DNA of 62,982 nucleotides, the filler included, from Rhabdomonas costata (Eukaryota), in assembly GCA_019059605.1 (NCBI GenBank). It is 49 parts of 49 records of this genome, joined end to end, with 100 filler letters (N's around TTAATTAATTAA, not from the genome) between each part and the next. Parts side by side here need not be neighbours in the genome. Positions count along the whole stretch, not along the records: positions 12,883 to 14,070 come from JAHMHO010024403.1; positions 14,171 to 15,358 come from JAHMHO010024404.1; positions 15,459 to 16,645 come from JAHMHO010024405.1; positions 16,746 to 17,933 come from JAHMHO010024406.1; positions 18,034 to 19,221 come from JAHMHO010024407.1; positions 19,322 to 20,509 come from JAHMHO010024408.1; positions 20,610 to 21,797 come from JAHMHO010024409.1; positions 21,898 to 23,085 come from JAHMHO010024410.1; 41 more parts are not named here. The stretch is one strand, 5' to 3'. Both the position numbers and the translations under genes were made by a program. This document shows positions 13,168 through 26,198 of this stretch, piece after piece. The notes beneath the pieces are model-generated. The model was not told where the DNA came from and made no database searches. It saw only the letters and a program-made list of their open reading frames with translations. The stretch's first letter is position 1, and the number at the start of each line of letters is the position of its first letter.

Positions 13168-14060
13168 GAGCTGCCCGTCGCGGGCGACCGCACCTCCGTG
13201 CTGTGCCGGTTCAGCACGCTGCAGTTCATTGAGCTGTGCAGCGAGGACCCCTCCGTGTTCCACCTCACGGGGGCGGGCGAGGTGACGGAGCCTATGCTGG
13301 GGGGTGCCCCAGAGCCCTTGGGGGCGCAGCTGATGCGGGAGGTCCTGTCTGGCGAGGGCAGGGTGGTGCTGCTGGCCCACCTGTGCTCCAACGAGTCCGA
13401 CCTGGGCCGAGCCCGGAGAGTGCTGGAGATGGCCACGAGGGTGCGTGGGCTCAGCTTCGCCGGCGCCACTCCACGGGTGAGTGCATTGTGCAATAGCGTT
13501 TGTGTGGTGAATGGATCCAGTAATGTTGGGAAGAGTTTGGGTTGTAAAACCGACTGTGTGCGTGTGCGTCCGCACGGATCGGGGTGCGTTGCAAAGTCCA
13601 TTGGCCTGACAGCTCTGTTGGTGTGCCTATGGCCATGGGACGGGGATTTTGTTTCTATTGCGCGGTGGGATGCTTGTTCTTGCCTCTTGCTTCTCGCCGT
13701 CTTGTATAGTGGTGCAGGCAACGGCGGAGGTCAAGAAGCGAATGGCTGCATCTACTGACGCCGCATCTTATGATCCGCTCAGAGACCCAGACTCATGCCT
13801 GGGAGTGCATACGCGAACCTAGTAATTCTCCATCCATCCATTCAGAGCCCGGGCCTTGTTGTTGAATGCTTTGTTTGTATTGCCGAGACACTGCATTGTC
13901 GGCAACATTGCCTTTCACTCTCCTTGTATGCGTGTGCCTTTTTTCAGCCCAGGATTCACTCTGCTGTGAAGCTGATCCACGCCTTGCGCGCTGAGGTCAC
14001 CACTCTGCACCGCCACCTGCAAGCCTGTCGGCACTCCGTCGGCTCCGCCTTTGCCCGCCC
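13168..14060 (+). CDS. Divergent kinesin-like protein, motor C-terminal part; exons 13168-13476 and 13948-end
   Basis: QLMREVLSGEGRVVLLAHLCSNESDLGRARRVLEMATRVR parallels LL..SLGG...T.MI..ISP..ETL.TL.FA.R. Canonical CAG / GTGAGT sites. Confidence 0.6.
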
Positions 14061-14710
14061 CCAAAACCCCNNNNNNNNNNNNNNNNNNNNNNNNNNNNNN
14101 NNNNNNNNNNNNNNTTAATTAATTAANNNNNNNNNNNNNNNNNNNNNNNNNNNNNNNNNNNNNNNNNNNNTGTTCACCCTTCGGACTTGGGCTCTAGCCA
14201 TAGCGGGGACCACGTAGTAAAGCAGCAGGAGCTCAGCGTTGTTGGGTGTTGGGTGGTTTGCTCAAAAGGCAGCATTGCAGGCTCTAACGGTTTTCCTTTT
14301 TCCTTTGAGGAAAGCCTCCGCTCGTCACTTCAGTAATGAATTCAGTAACAAACTGAAAAACCTGGGGGCCTTTTGAAATGACAAAGAGTTCGAAGTGTTT
14401 TCGTGCCAAAGGTAGTAGGTGCGGCTTCGCTGTCAGTAGATGCAGCCTCACCATCACACACCCGGACGTGATGGAAGGCGAAGGGTCGTTTTGAATTACG
14501 CACCTTAGGCTGGGAATTAGGCTTTCTTTTAACGTCCTTCTTGTTGCCCTTGTTACCCTAACCCTCAGCGGTTTTCAAAGCGTGCCCCCAAACGTGCCCC
14601 CTTCTTGCGTCCTGTGCTTTTTTCCTTTGGATTACTGTGTGTCTCTGTTGTGTGTGTGCGTGTGTGTTTTGTGATTGTGCTGCCTCCTTCGGGACAGCCC
14701 TGCAGTGTTC

Positions 14711-15141
14711 ATGGCCATGTCCTCCAAAAAGCCTTGCGTCAGCCTGCAGGTGGAGCCCGCCGATGCTGGCAACCCTTCTCGGCAGTTTACCCCAAACCCG
14801 CTTCTGCCCCGTCAGTTCACCTGTCTCCATCTTCCTAAGCGCTGGTGCTGTGGCCTGCGGCGGCCCCGCCTTCCGCGATGTTGTCGCCATCCGAAGGCCT
14901 TCGAGGTTCCGATTTGGGTACTGCTGGTCGGGCTGTCCACGCTGTCCTTGGTGCTGATCGGGGTGCTGGCGTTTGTTCTCACGGAGAGGGGCAGCGAGAG
15001 AGCAATCAACTTTGTCGGGGAGAACTACCGCGATCTCGCGTGCACGGCGGTGCACTCCAATGTGATAGATTTTATTAGTGGCCTGGTGGAGTCCACTCGG
15101 CAGGTGGCGATGTACGCCTCCACGTCATCCATCAGCTCCGG
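14711..15141 (+). CDS. Membrane protein exon, possibly a receptor/sensor N-terminus
   Basis: Hydrophobic helix VPIWVLLVGLSTLSLVLIGVLAFVL followed by an amphipathic helix; donor G|GTATTT. Confidence 0.5.
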
Positions 15142-15657
15142 TATTTTTCGCTCATCTATATACCCAACCCCTGTGCTTGGAAAATAATTACCCTGAGGCA
15201 TGAAAATTTTTGCTGCTAGTGGTCAATTTTCTGCAGGATCCCTCATAGCACGTCTCCCCCTCATCCGTTCGCTCCGACCGCGCCTCGGGCTGGCTTCCGC
15301 CTCTAAGCTGGTCTTCTCTCAATCGAACTGCGAATGGCCAGAAACGGCACACAAAACCNNNNNNNNNNNNNNNNNNNNNNNNNNNNNNNNNNNNNNNNNN
15401 NNTTAATTAATTAANNNNNNNNNNNNNNNNNNNNNNNNNNNNNNNNNNNNNNNNNNNNGTGTGATTCAGAGGGAACATTGCTTCACCACACCGCAAAGGT
15501 GTTTTCTGAAAGTCCTTTGACCCCATCAAATTCTACACTGCTCGTTTCACTGCAGTACACCTCCACATGACTTTCCCAGCTCTGAAAGCCACCGCTGAGC
15601 AGGCCGTCAAGAGTCTTGGGAGAGAAAGGAGTTGTGAAGAAGGGATGCGGGACATAC

Positions 15658-15794
15658 CCCAACCGCTTTTTAATCTGGGCTCGCACCCGGAGGAACGCCA
15701 CGCGGGGATCCGCTGCAAGCTTCCTCACGGAAAACCAGAAGTACCCCCCGTCGATCACCAGCACTGCGGGGGGATACCTCGGATCTGCCTGCAT
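15658..15794 (-). CDS. First exon of a NYN/LabA (PIN-like) domain protein
   Basis: MQADPRYPPAVLVIDGGY motif; donor GG|GTATGT. Confidence 0.55.
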
Positions 15795-17106
15795 TGCGGA
15801 CACTGGGATGCTGAACAAAGAGCACGAACTGCACCGGAGAGTGTGAAGCCGACCGAAGCAGGTAACTGCACGGCAAGCAATGAAAAACAATCCTGTGCCT
15901 GTGCCTGTGCCTGTGGGTGCGCCTGTTCAGCCTAACCCAGACACCCCCAGCCGCGCGCTGCACAATAGCGCAGCTTCGCTCTTCCTGAGGCCTTCTGAGG
16001 CCTGAGATTCCTTTCTTACCTTTCTTTACGGCTTTATTGAAGCACTCTATACAGGGGGCTCTATATTACATAAGTACTGTATCAGTCAAAAAAGCCACAG
16101 CTTAGGAAAAAAGGAATCAATTCAGAGGTCCCATTTTTGCATCCTATCGCTGCTCGGTTTCTGTCGTTAATTAGTGCCGCACTGCTCTCGAGACATACCT
16201 CCCGATCTTATGCCATCAAGGACATCTCCCACAGAAGGGTGCATCGCCACCTGAACCCCCGCAAGAACCTCACCCAGGGGACAAGTACGCCACCGCTTAA
16301 CCCCTTGCGAGAATCGCAAGAAATCCTCCAATCCTACCCCCAAGGCTCGAGATATGCCCTCACCCCTTTGTATAGAGACATCCTAAGGGGGGCTCTATAA
16401 GTTCTGTGGAATTCATGAAAAGCCACAGCTTAGGAAAACGATATCGCCCCGTGCCACCGTAAAAGTGAGAGTTGGGAAAGCGGTACGAACATGCTACCAT
16501 TAGGACTTACCACAAAAATACCTCGCGCATGATCCGAGCTGTATTCGGCGCGCAGCAGAAAGAATACACCATCCAAAGCAAGCAAGCAAGCACCAGCAAA
16601 AACAGAGAAGGGAGAATAGTCGCATCTCGCCAATGGCACACAAACNNNNNNNNNNNNNNNNNNNNNNNNNNNNNNNNNNNNNNNNNNNNTTAATTAATTA
16701 ANNNNNNNNNNNNNNNNNNNNNNNNNNNNNNNNNNNNNNNNNNNNGTGTTGGTGTGTTTGGGGTGGGGGGGGTAACGCCGCACAGGAGAGCGATATGGAG
16801 GGTTCCCGGGACAGCCCCAGGGTCTGTCGCCGCGAGCACACCGCGCTGTGGTGCTGCTGGAGGAGCTCCTGCAAAATGGGGGAGTTCGCCAGCGCGAAGC
16901 GCGAGTGCGGGACCTGCGTCATTGGCTTCAAGTGCGTCATTATCAGTTAGCTGTTGCCACGTTTCAAGCGCAACCCCAAACGGAACCGCATGTCCAGGGT
17001 CCAAAGCCTGTCCTCTCGCTTGCGCTCATTTTGTTAGAATGGACCCTCCCTTTAGAAAGGGACAAATGTATTTTTTTTTGGTGGTGGTGGTGGGGAGGGC
17101 GTTAAT

Positions 17107-17125
17107 CGTTTAGCACTGCTAAACG
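17107..17125. repeat. Palindrome CGTTTAGCACTGCTAAACG, copy 1 of 3
   Basis: Identical copy at 43882-43900 and a variant at 47101-47119. Confidence 0.9.
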
Positions 17126-18186
17126 TTTAGCTTGTCCCAAAGGCCAAGAGACCTTTCTATTGTACGATGAAATGCAGCAACGCCCGCCTTGCCAAAGTGT
17201 CGCAATTTATTTAACTTGATGTATTGCTACTCTCCTTTCTCTTCTCATGCACTTCCCTATTCTTCCATTCTTCCATCCTCTCTTCCTCTTGTCATTGCGC
17301 AGCAGCAGCTGCTGCTACGGAGCCTTTTTCATCTCATTTGTACAGCCCAACGGACATAATACACTTGAATTCAGCCCCTGTGAGAACGCCATACAAGGTG
17401 AGAATTTGAGGTTGAAACCTGTGTGCGTGGGGAGGGGGGGTTATTTCCGCGGTTCTGTCTGCATCACCGGCGTGCGCTGAACTCTGCCTTTGCCATTGGG
17501 TACCCTGATTCACCCTTACACCCTCGCAGTCCATTCGATGACATCCTTATTTTCTCCCCGCTAGCTCTATCCCCCCAAATCTGCAATACAACTCTGTTTA
17601 CACGAAGTGAAGCGAACCCCCCCCATACACACACTCTCTCTTTCCCTTCACGAGCCTACCTCAAGAAGGCCATGAAGCTGAGTCGGCGTTCGAGTATCCA
17701 CTTCCCCTTCCCGCCATCCTGGCGGGACATCGATTGCCTGACTCCCTCCATCAGCACTCTCCTACGAAAGAAGAGGACTGGAACTGGAAAGAAGAGGACC
17801 GCACTCACGCTCTCTTCTCTTTGCATCTGTGCGGCTGTTGTGTGCGCCGGACTTTGAACACTGGACTTGTTGTTGTGGTCTTTCACACATGACATGTTTT
17901 AGTGTGAGGTTAAAGAGGACTGGAACAATAACCNNNNNNNNNNNNNNNNNNNNNNNNNNNNNNNNNNNNNNNNNNNNTTAATTAATTAANNNNNNNNNNN
18001 NNNNNNNNNNNNNNNNNNNNNNNNNNNNNNNNNGTGGTTGGGGTGGGGAATCAGCGATGCTGTTTTGATGAAGGTGTGTTGTGGTTTGTGATGCGCATGG
18101 AGGAGAGTGCAGCGCGGGCTGTAAGGGAAGAGAGCGAGGTGCCGTGGAAGGGAAGGTTGACGGATTTCGTGCGGTCTCTGTTTCAG

Positions 18187-18982
18187 GTGCTGGCGCAGGC
18201 ACTGGTGCGAGTCCCGATACAAAAAGTGGACCGCTGCTCTGAGCACGCTGAACAGCTCCGCGACGAAGATTCAGGCGGTGTGGAGGGGCCACTTCTACCG
18301 AAGGTTGGCTTCCCTCCCCTTGCCACCCACCTTGGCCTCCGACCAGGCTCTGTGTCCGGGTTCCGTGAGACTTGAAGTAAGCGGGGAACCAAAGATTGCC
18401 CCTGGGCCTTTTGCCCTTGCATGCCCTTGCCTGTCTCGTCACACCTTTTCTGTAACCAACTATGCTATCTCCAATTGTATCCGAACCGCCTGTGCTCCTG
18501 CCTCGGGTCGTCGAGCTTATGATCTCGTGCGTGTTTTGTTTCTTGGTTTCTGGCGAGCTTTGTTTGTCAGCATTCCCATGTTTTTTCTTCCTCCTCTCAT
18601 TTTCCCCTTCATCCCCTCATCACATTTCGGGGAAAAATGGGCCCCCTTTTCTTTCTTGTACTTCAGCTCCTGTCTATCTTTCCGTTTCGACTGTTGATGT
18701 GAGTTTTTCCCGCTTCGCTTCGCTTCCACCCAAAATGTGGTCATTGTTTGGTGAGCTTGCTCCCGCTCACAGCCCCAACAATGCGTTTGTGGAATGTGGG
18801 GGTGGGGTAGGTTTCTGGCCGCGGATGTCGCGGAGTGGCTTCGGGCGCAGAACCGCAGCGCGGACCGGGTGCGGCTGAGCATCGCCCTGAGGCAGGCCCG
18901 CAGCCGCCGCATGGGCCTGTACACCGCCGTCGCGAACTCCCGGACCTTCCAGGAGCTGCACCACCGCACCGTTACCGCCTTG
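18187..18982 (+). CDS. IQ calmodulin-binding motif protein; exons 18187-18303 and 18811-18982
   Basis: Splicing gives SATKIQAVWRGHFYRR|FLAADVAEW (IQxxxRGxxxR) across a phase-2 GT-AG intron. Confidence 0.75.
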
Positions 18983-20788
18983 GTGCGCATGTGTAGGGAT
19001 TGGTGGTGTGGATGTGAGTGTGAGTTGGTGACCTTTCTTAGCCGCGATCTCACATTTTCGCCACTAAACGATGACTCTGGTGAGTCATCTGCCCCAGGGC
19101 AGCTTCTATCCCTAACTTTGAGGAATTAACCTTGAGGGTTGGTCCACAGTTGCCTTCCAAGCCTGGCCTAATCGAGACCAGCGTGGTAGACACTGATATG
19201 TATTCAAGCTGATTTGGGTGCNNNNNNNNNNNNNNNNNNNNNNNNNNNNNNNNNNNNNNNNNNNNTTAATTAATTAANNNNNNNNNNNNNNNNNNNNNNN
19301 NNNNNNNNNNNNNNNNNNNNNGGGTGGTGGGGTGGAGGTCGACTTTTTGTGTGATGCTTCGCATGTGAAATCGGAGGATGGGTCGGGCTCTGGATGTGCG
19401 AAGTGCGGGGTGACGGGATGATGGATGCGCACTGAGCTGGGGTTGTGGTGGGGGGTTATGTGCGAAAGTGAGAAAGAGAAAGCGCTAGAACGCAGAGAGA
19501 AAGCGCTAGACATTCGAAAGCGCAGAGGGGATGATGAGCGGAGAGTCTCGGGGTCTTGAGCTTGGCTTTTGCTGCCAAACACACAACAATATCTATCGCG
19601 CGGAAAGTATGCTGTGTGTCCCTGCCCTCTCCCACCTCCACTCCGAATTTGTTGGCTTTAACATATGCAGATACGTTAAAGGACAGTGAAAAAGCACTCC
19701 ACTTCTCCCGCTGTCGATGTTGTAATTAGAGACGGATGCGGATTTCGGATTTCAGGCTTCCGGTTCTGTTAGTGAGGTCCTTTTTTTCATCACTGGCGGT
19801 GCCATTTCACTGCCATGGACGTACCGGGAGGGTGAGGGCTAAGAGATCTCCAAGTGCGGGGCATCAGCCACCCGGTTGAGCTGCTCTGGTGCGGCCCGTC
19901 TGTGGGTTGGCATCGGAGTGGAGGTCCAGGGCCCCACGTTCCATGCCGCAAGGAGCTCCCCGACCTAAAACAAAAGAAGTCATGCAATTCTTCAGCAAGA
20001 ACGATAAATAAAGAATTATGAGAACCGGGGATAGAGGTGTGTACGCGTGGGGGATCAGACCGGTCCATTCCTCTTTCTTGAAAGCAAAAACAACAATTAA
20101 AAGGACAGATGCAGTATGTAGCAGAGTTGCGAACCTCTTGATCAATGGGGTAGCACGTGCAGTGAGGGTCAAAGTACAAGAAAAGGAAGAGCTTCTAATG
20201 GAACAAAGAAAACTGAAGGATTAGGGTTAGCGCAGGGTTTACGCATACCTAACATCTATACGTAAGCGTAGTCGGTGAGTGGACCAGACAGTCGGGCTGG
20301 CGGCTGCCGGGCAACCTGCCGTTCCACTGCCAGTCCAGGACGAAACCCACCCAGGGGACGCCATTTCCCAAGGTTGCAAGAAACCCCCTTACATCGGTGA
20401 CGTGTGGGTGGGCGCGGGAGCGAGAGAAAGGCTCAGCGGTAACAATTGGGTGTCAAGGGCTGGAGCTGCAGACCATTTCACAGAAAACCACCGGCTGCAC
20501 AACAAAAACNNNNNNNNNNNNNNNNNNNNNNNNNNNNNNNNNNNNNNNNNNNNTTAATTAATTAANNNNNNNNNNNNNNNNNNNNNNNNNNNNNNNNNNN
20601 NNNNNNNNNTTTTTGTGTGAAGTCAAAGCCAATCTCGCCAACATGGTCTGCGACACTAAGTAGTCATGGCATGCACCCCTTACCTTGGAGCGCCACGTAA
20701 TCGTGATCCCAACGCAACAAAACCAGTGAAAGCCACCCTTTATCAAGCTACGAGTGTTTGATGCGAGCACGGCGAAGTGCTGGCAAAC

Positions 20789-21797
20789 CCAGCCCAACGC
20801 GGCCCGCTCCAGCTCCGGGCAGCGGGACATGTGCGTGGGGTAGATCGCATGGATGGGCAGGGCCGTGCCGCGCACCACCTCCCACAAGGGGTCCAGCCCG
20901 GAGGGGGCGGAGCCCATGTGGACGTGCACCACCCCAGCCTTCCCGCTGAGCATGCCCCCGACATGGGCGTCAGAGATAAGGGAGGTCAGCTCCGAGGAGG
21001 TGGGCCAGGAGCCTCGGTGGTCCGAAACCGCCACCTCGCCAACCCCCACAACCTTTGGAATTGAGAAACATTCCCAGCCGTGAGCTAATGAGTTGGAATA
21101 CAGGTGATATTGCACGTGTCACCTCCGGTCACCTCAATTACTACTACTACTCGTTGCGCATTATAGTTTACCACTTCGAGCGAAAAGAGAAAAAAACAAA
21201 AACATGACTAAAATGTGCCTTTTGCTGCCAGACTGACAAAAGATCAAAAGATGTGCTTTCCTTCGTTTGTTTTGTGTCTCAGCTCTCATTTTGACATGAC
21301 GCGGAGCATCGTCCGGGAGGTGGGATGAACTCTGTTTGGTTCCGCAACGGGAACTGCGTATTAGCAGTTTTTAGGGACGAGCGGAGCATCCTGACGCAGA
21401 CCCTGGCAGAAGAATGGGACGGGAGGACACCAAAAAGGCACTCTCCCGACTGGTAGTCCAGACTTGGGTAAGTTCTATGTGTGTGTGTAGGTGCAAGTCA
21501 AGCAGAGTGCAGAACGGGCAGAAACGACTGGTTCTAATCGAGAAACATGGATGAAGGGGAGGGGGGAGTCAGCACAACGCCCGGGGAACCACAATCGCAC
21601 ACCATGCCTTGTCAATCAGCATGATGTCCCTCCGAACATCCCCTGTGATGGTGGGCACGGGCACTCGGTAGGCCCCAGTCCACATGAAGGTGTTCAGGCC
21701 CTGCTGCTCCAAGGCCCTCAGCTTAATCAGGAGCTGGTCCAAATGCCGCCCTGTGCTGTCGGTGCCCATCAGCCCCACGAGGGTAGTCACCCCAACA
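20789..21797 (-). CDS. iadA: Isoaspartyl dipeptidase (beta-aspartyl peptidase); exons about 21797-21608 and 21052-20789
   Basis: TTLVGLMGTD, WTGAYRVP, DIMLIDK|VVGVGEVAVSDHR, GGMLSGKAGVVHVHMG and YPTHM are IadA hallmarks. Confidence 0.93.
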
Positions 21798-22744
21798 NNN
21801 NNNNNNNNNNNNNNNNNNNNNNNNNNNNNNNNNNNNNNNNNTTAATTAATTAANNNNNNNNNNNNNNNNNNNNNNNNNNNNNNNNNNNNNNNNNNNNGGT
21901 TTGGTGGATGTCGGGGTACTTGGGGAGCTGCCGTTCTGCGGCCACACAAAGAGAGAGCGAGAGAGAGAGAAAGTGAGAGGCACCCATACGGTGTGTGAGG
22001 CAGAGTGGGCTTAAACGGTATTTTTATGACGGAAGAGCGCCTTTTGAATGGAATTTGCTTTGAGATGGCCGTAGGAGTGGAATTAATATTTGGCCTTCGG
22101 TGTAAAGTGTGGGGCACAGTGAAAACAGCTCTTGCAAGCTTGTGAGTAGAAGGAAATGGACTGGGGCAAACAGTAGAAACTTGCGAAACTTCAGCGGCTC
22201 TCGACAACGAGATTATTTGCGGAGAATCTTCTGGGGCGCACTTAGCTGTGGATTCGAAAATTTCAGGATGACTTGGTTGAGGTAGTGCTGTACCCTCCGA
22301 GGAGGACTGCCACAGCAATTCCGATCACATGACGTCCTCTTACTCCCAAATGAGTTTCCGATCAGCGTGACAGTGAATTCATATCTCGACCATAGAGCGG
22401 AATTCAGGATGACTTGGTTGAGGCCTTTCCGAGCTTACACGGGCTGAGAAATGCCTCAAGTAACTTTGCAGGTATGCCTGCGGAGCTTACTGAGTTTCGG
22501 GGGCTGCTTAGAAAACCACAGGGTAGGCACAAGCAATTGAAGCTGACACGACAACAACGTTTGATATTCGAGAGGCCTTTGATTAACTTTGTATCTTGTT
22601 GCCCTGGCAGAAAAAAGGGTTCATGGTAGTATCCGAGTAAGCCATGTGTGTCAGCCTTTGACATGTGCATATGCCCTTGCGCCGAAACTCCATAAGTCGA
22701 AATCAGTCTTCCGCTAAACCAATGGTGCCACTGGCCACGCATGC

Positions 22745-22885
22745 CTGGGCATTTACGCTGGCCTGTGCCTTCATGAGAAACCCAACGCCGTCCACCCAAC
22801 CCATCTCCCCGCAGAGGTGAAGGGCGGTGCGGCCCATTTTGTCCTTCGCGTCCACAGGGCAGCCGGCCTTCAACACCGTACCCGG
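22745..22885 (-). CDS. Ankyrin-repeat exon
   Basis: LKAGCPVDAKDKMGRTALHLC..G..DGVGFLMKAQASVNAQ. Confidence 0.85.
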
Positions 22886-25800
22886 CTCTCGAAAAGAGAT
22901 CATTTGCACTGAATTTCCTTGGGCGCACTTAGCTGTGGACTCGAAACGCCTTTTTTGAGGATCAGGCCCCAAAACGCATTCCATTGTTTCCGACAGAAAC
23001 CTCTGCCGAAAGGCGGTACGACGCTGTGGCACGGCCGAACTTCAAGCCCAGCAAAGCCGAGAAAAAACTCTATCTTATGCGTCCANNNNNNNNNNNNNNN
23101 NNNNNNNNNNNNNNNNNNNNNNNNNNNNNTTAATTAATTAANNNNNNNNNNNNNNNNNNNNNNNNNNNNNNNNNNNNNNNNNNNNGGGTTTGGTCAAAGA
23201 GAAAACAAGAAAAGAAAATTCCGAGGCAGCAGGGCAAAGAGGGAGCGAGGGAGGTGCATACGAGGACGTCAGCTTGCCTGACATCGCTGTACCCAGCTGA
23301 ACCTGGACAAAAGGGCACACATGGTGACGTAGGATTGCCATGTCACTGATTGTGAAACAGAGTGGTGGATGAAATTAGTAATGGACGAAAAACTTTGATT
23401 TGATAGATTTTTATGCGCGCAGCGCCCTTACTTGTTTGTAAACTGTTGTGCGGTGTTTTCTGTTGGTTTTGGTAATTCTATGAATTAATTAATTGTGTAA
23501 ATCAACAGTGATTGACTTTAATTTTGGAAGGCAGCATGGCCCCACTCGGGACTGGACTTAAACCGCGGTTCTGGTTCATCTGCACTCGTCTAAACCCTAA
23601 ACCCGTAAATCCTCGGCTTTTGCAAGGTGCAAAAATCTGCGCAAAACGTTACGAAAGAGGTGCCACACCGTAACCGGCTGAGGGTGAGAGATCAAACCTG
23701 CTTCGACTTAGCCCTCAATAAGTTTCCCGTGCCCCATTCGCAGCCAAACACCCAACCCAAGGAAGGCCCTTTTTCAGAGTTCTGCATTCTTGAATCAGAA
23801 TTGACATCTAAATTCTGAAGTCATTTCGCAGCTAAGGTGGCCAGGTCAAGCTTTTCATGATAAATGAAACCAAACGGCATTCAGCTGTTGCCCAACGCAA
23901 TGCAATGGTTCATAAAGTTGAAAGTTCAACGCAATGGTTCATAAAGTTGAAAGGCGCGACTCAAAAAGCTCACTGAGAAGTTTTGCCTGTTGGCCTGGTT
24001 TGGATGGGTGCGGTTAGGTTCAGTGCAGAGGGAGCAGCGTACCAGACTACTTGCCAGCAACGCGGAAGGGGGGGTTGTGCTTGCCGAAGAACCCAACAAA
24101 GGGTTCAATGTTGGAAGCTCTGCAAGAAAAGCATGTGCAATGGTAGATAAGAAGGTATGTGCGCGCATCAAAGAGTGGAGAGAGCGCGTCCGAGGTATGA
24201 TGATGTGGTATGACGCATGACGGCGATGCGAAGCGCAAGACTTGCTACGAAGGCATTATCACCAAAAGCAAAATGCACACAGAAGGGAAAACAGGATGAA
24301 AACTGTGTGTGGTGCAGGGTAAACTCAAGGTGCAGTTAAAGCGAAAATCAACAAGATTATCACACAAAACCACNNNNNNNNNNNNNNNNNNNNNNNNNNN
24401 NNNNNNNNNNNNNNNNNTTAATTAATTAANNNNNNNNNNNNNNNNNNNNNNNNNNNNNNNNNNNNNNNNNNNNGGGGTTGTTTGTGGTTTCCCCGGCATG
24501 GGGCCGTGGGCTGAATTCCCTCAACACCGAACCCTGGGTGTCACACCCGACAGCACCCACCGCAGAAGCAAAATGCTCTTAATGAGTGCTCGGATTCCGC
24601 ACCGCATACGTTGCATATGTTCGCTCTGTTTTTGCGTCAGACGGGAACCACTGGCACTTTCACACAATTACACATACATACACACCACTTGAACACAATA
24701 TCCAACGATTCTCTCAATTCCAAAATGGGAGGGTGCATGCTCGCGCAGTTTTTGTGAAGGGAACTTCTTGTAAAGCCGAATTGATGCGTGAATTTATGAA
24801 AAAAGGTCACGCTTGCTCCGATGAACGCTAATATGTGGACGAACATATTCGGTATCTTTAGAAAATACGGAGACTCCCTTCCACACATAAATACACTCAC
24901 TCGCAAACCCACAACCCTGGCAATCAATCAGTGTGGGGTGTGCCATACCAGTCACCAGACTCAAAGCACGTTTACACACCCAGGCGGTGGTGAGCACTCT
25001 TTTTCTGGCTCATCTTTTGGCACAGAGTCTACGTTCCCTGTATCCTCCTTTTCTTTTTTGAGAGTCGAGTGTTGATTGGGCTAATCAGACAGAGAGTTGG
25101 GATGCCGGCCCGTCCTCTCCGCCGGCTTCCCTCCTTCCCTCTCTGGAACACCAACCGGGAGTGTGGTGGTACCCCACGAAGAAGAGGATTGGCTCTGTGG
25201 ACGGTCCCCGGGGACCCCGCGGGGTCGATTTTCTCGCAGTACTTCACAGCGCTGCGCCAGCTCTACCAGGGCTCGTCTAGGGAGGAGCCTGTGGGTGTTA
25301 CACTAGCGGGCGTCCCCCCGACCCCCCGCTCCCCTCCGGAACGCTTGGAAATGGGTTTACAACGTCATTGGTGAACTCACAAGCGACCTACATCAACTTG
25401 CAATGTGGGGAAGGCATGCACACGGAGGAGCCTGTATCACCTCTTTGGGAGCTTGTTTTAAGTCTAAAGGGGGGAGGAAACAACAGTGCTCACAGTACTA
25501 TATCGTCTAGCTGCATTATTGTGGACGTGAGTAGCGTTTCCCTGTTGTCATCTCTTCAGTTGCAGTCTGGTGTGCCGAGAGCTGCTCTTTTCAGAAACAT
25601 CGTCCGTGAAGTCGAGGGAGGGGGTGGGGGTGGGCAGTAAAGGGTCGCCTGCCCATCCCCCNNNNNNNNNNNNNNNNNNNNNNNNNNNNNNNNNNNNNNN
25701 NNNNNTTAATTAATTAANNNNNNNNNNNNNNNNNNNNNNNNNNNNNNNNNNNNNNNNNNNNTTTGTTTTTGTTTTCATTTTCGTGAGTCGGCAATCCTTC

Positions 25801-25972
25801 TTGCCTTCTCGCTGCAAGCCCCAAACATTGAACAAAGTTGGATGTTGTTCACAAAAGAACAGCGGGTCTCAATACTACTTCGTTCCGGTTTGGGAACCAC
25901 GGAACACAAAAGAATGCTCTAAAATCCTGCACAAACGAAAGGATCAATGGCCGAGGAGGACAGGATGCTCAC

Positions 25973-26198
25973 CAAGGCGGAAACATCGCGCGGCACGCCG
26001 GTAGTCTTTGCGGGCGTAGTAGAGGTTGCCCACATGAATCGGAGAGACCCCCACGGCGGTCTCTGGAAACTCCGCCGCGAGAGCTACGGAGTGTTTCAGC
26101 GCATTCCACGCAGCCCGGTGCCGCCTGCCCTCCGCGGCAAGTGCAAGGGCCAAGTTGAAGGGGTACATCGCGTGGTGAGGATTAAGCTCCATCGCTTT
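25973..26198 (-). CDS. TPR-repeat protein exon
   Basis: KAMELNPHHAMYPFNLALAL and VGNLYYARKDYRRAARCF; CAG / GTGAGC sites. Confidence 0.85.
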
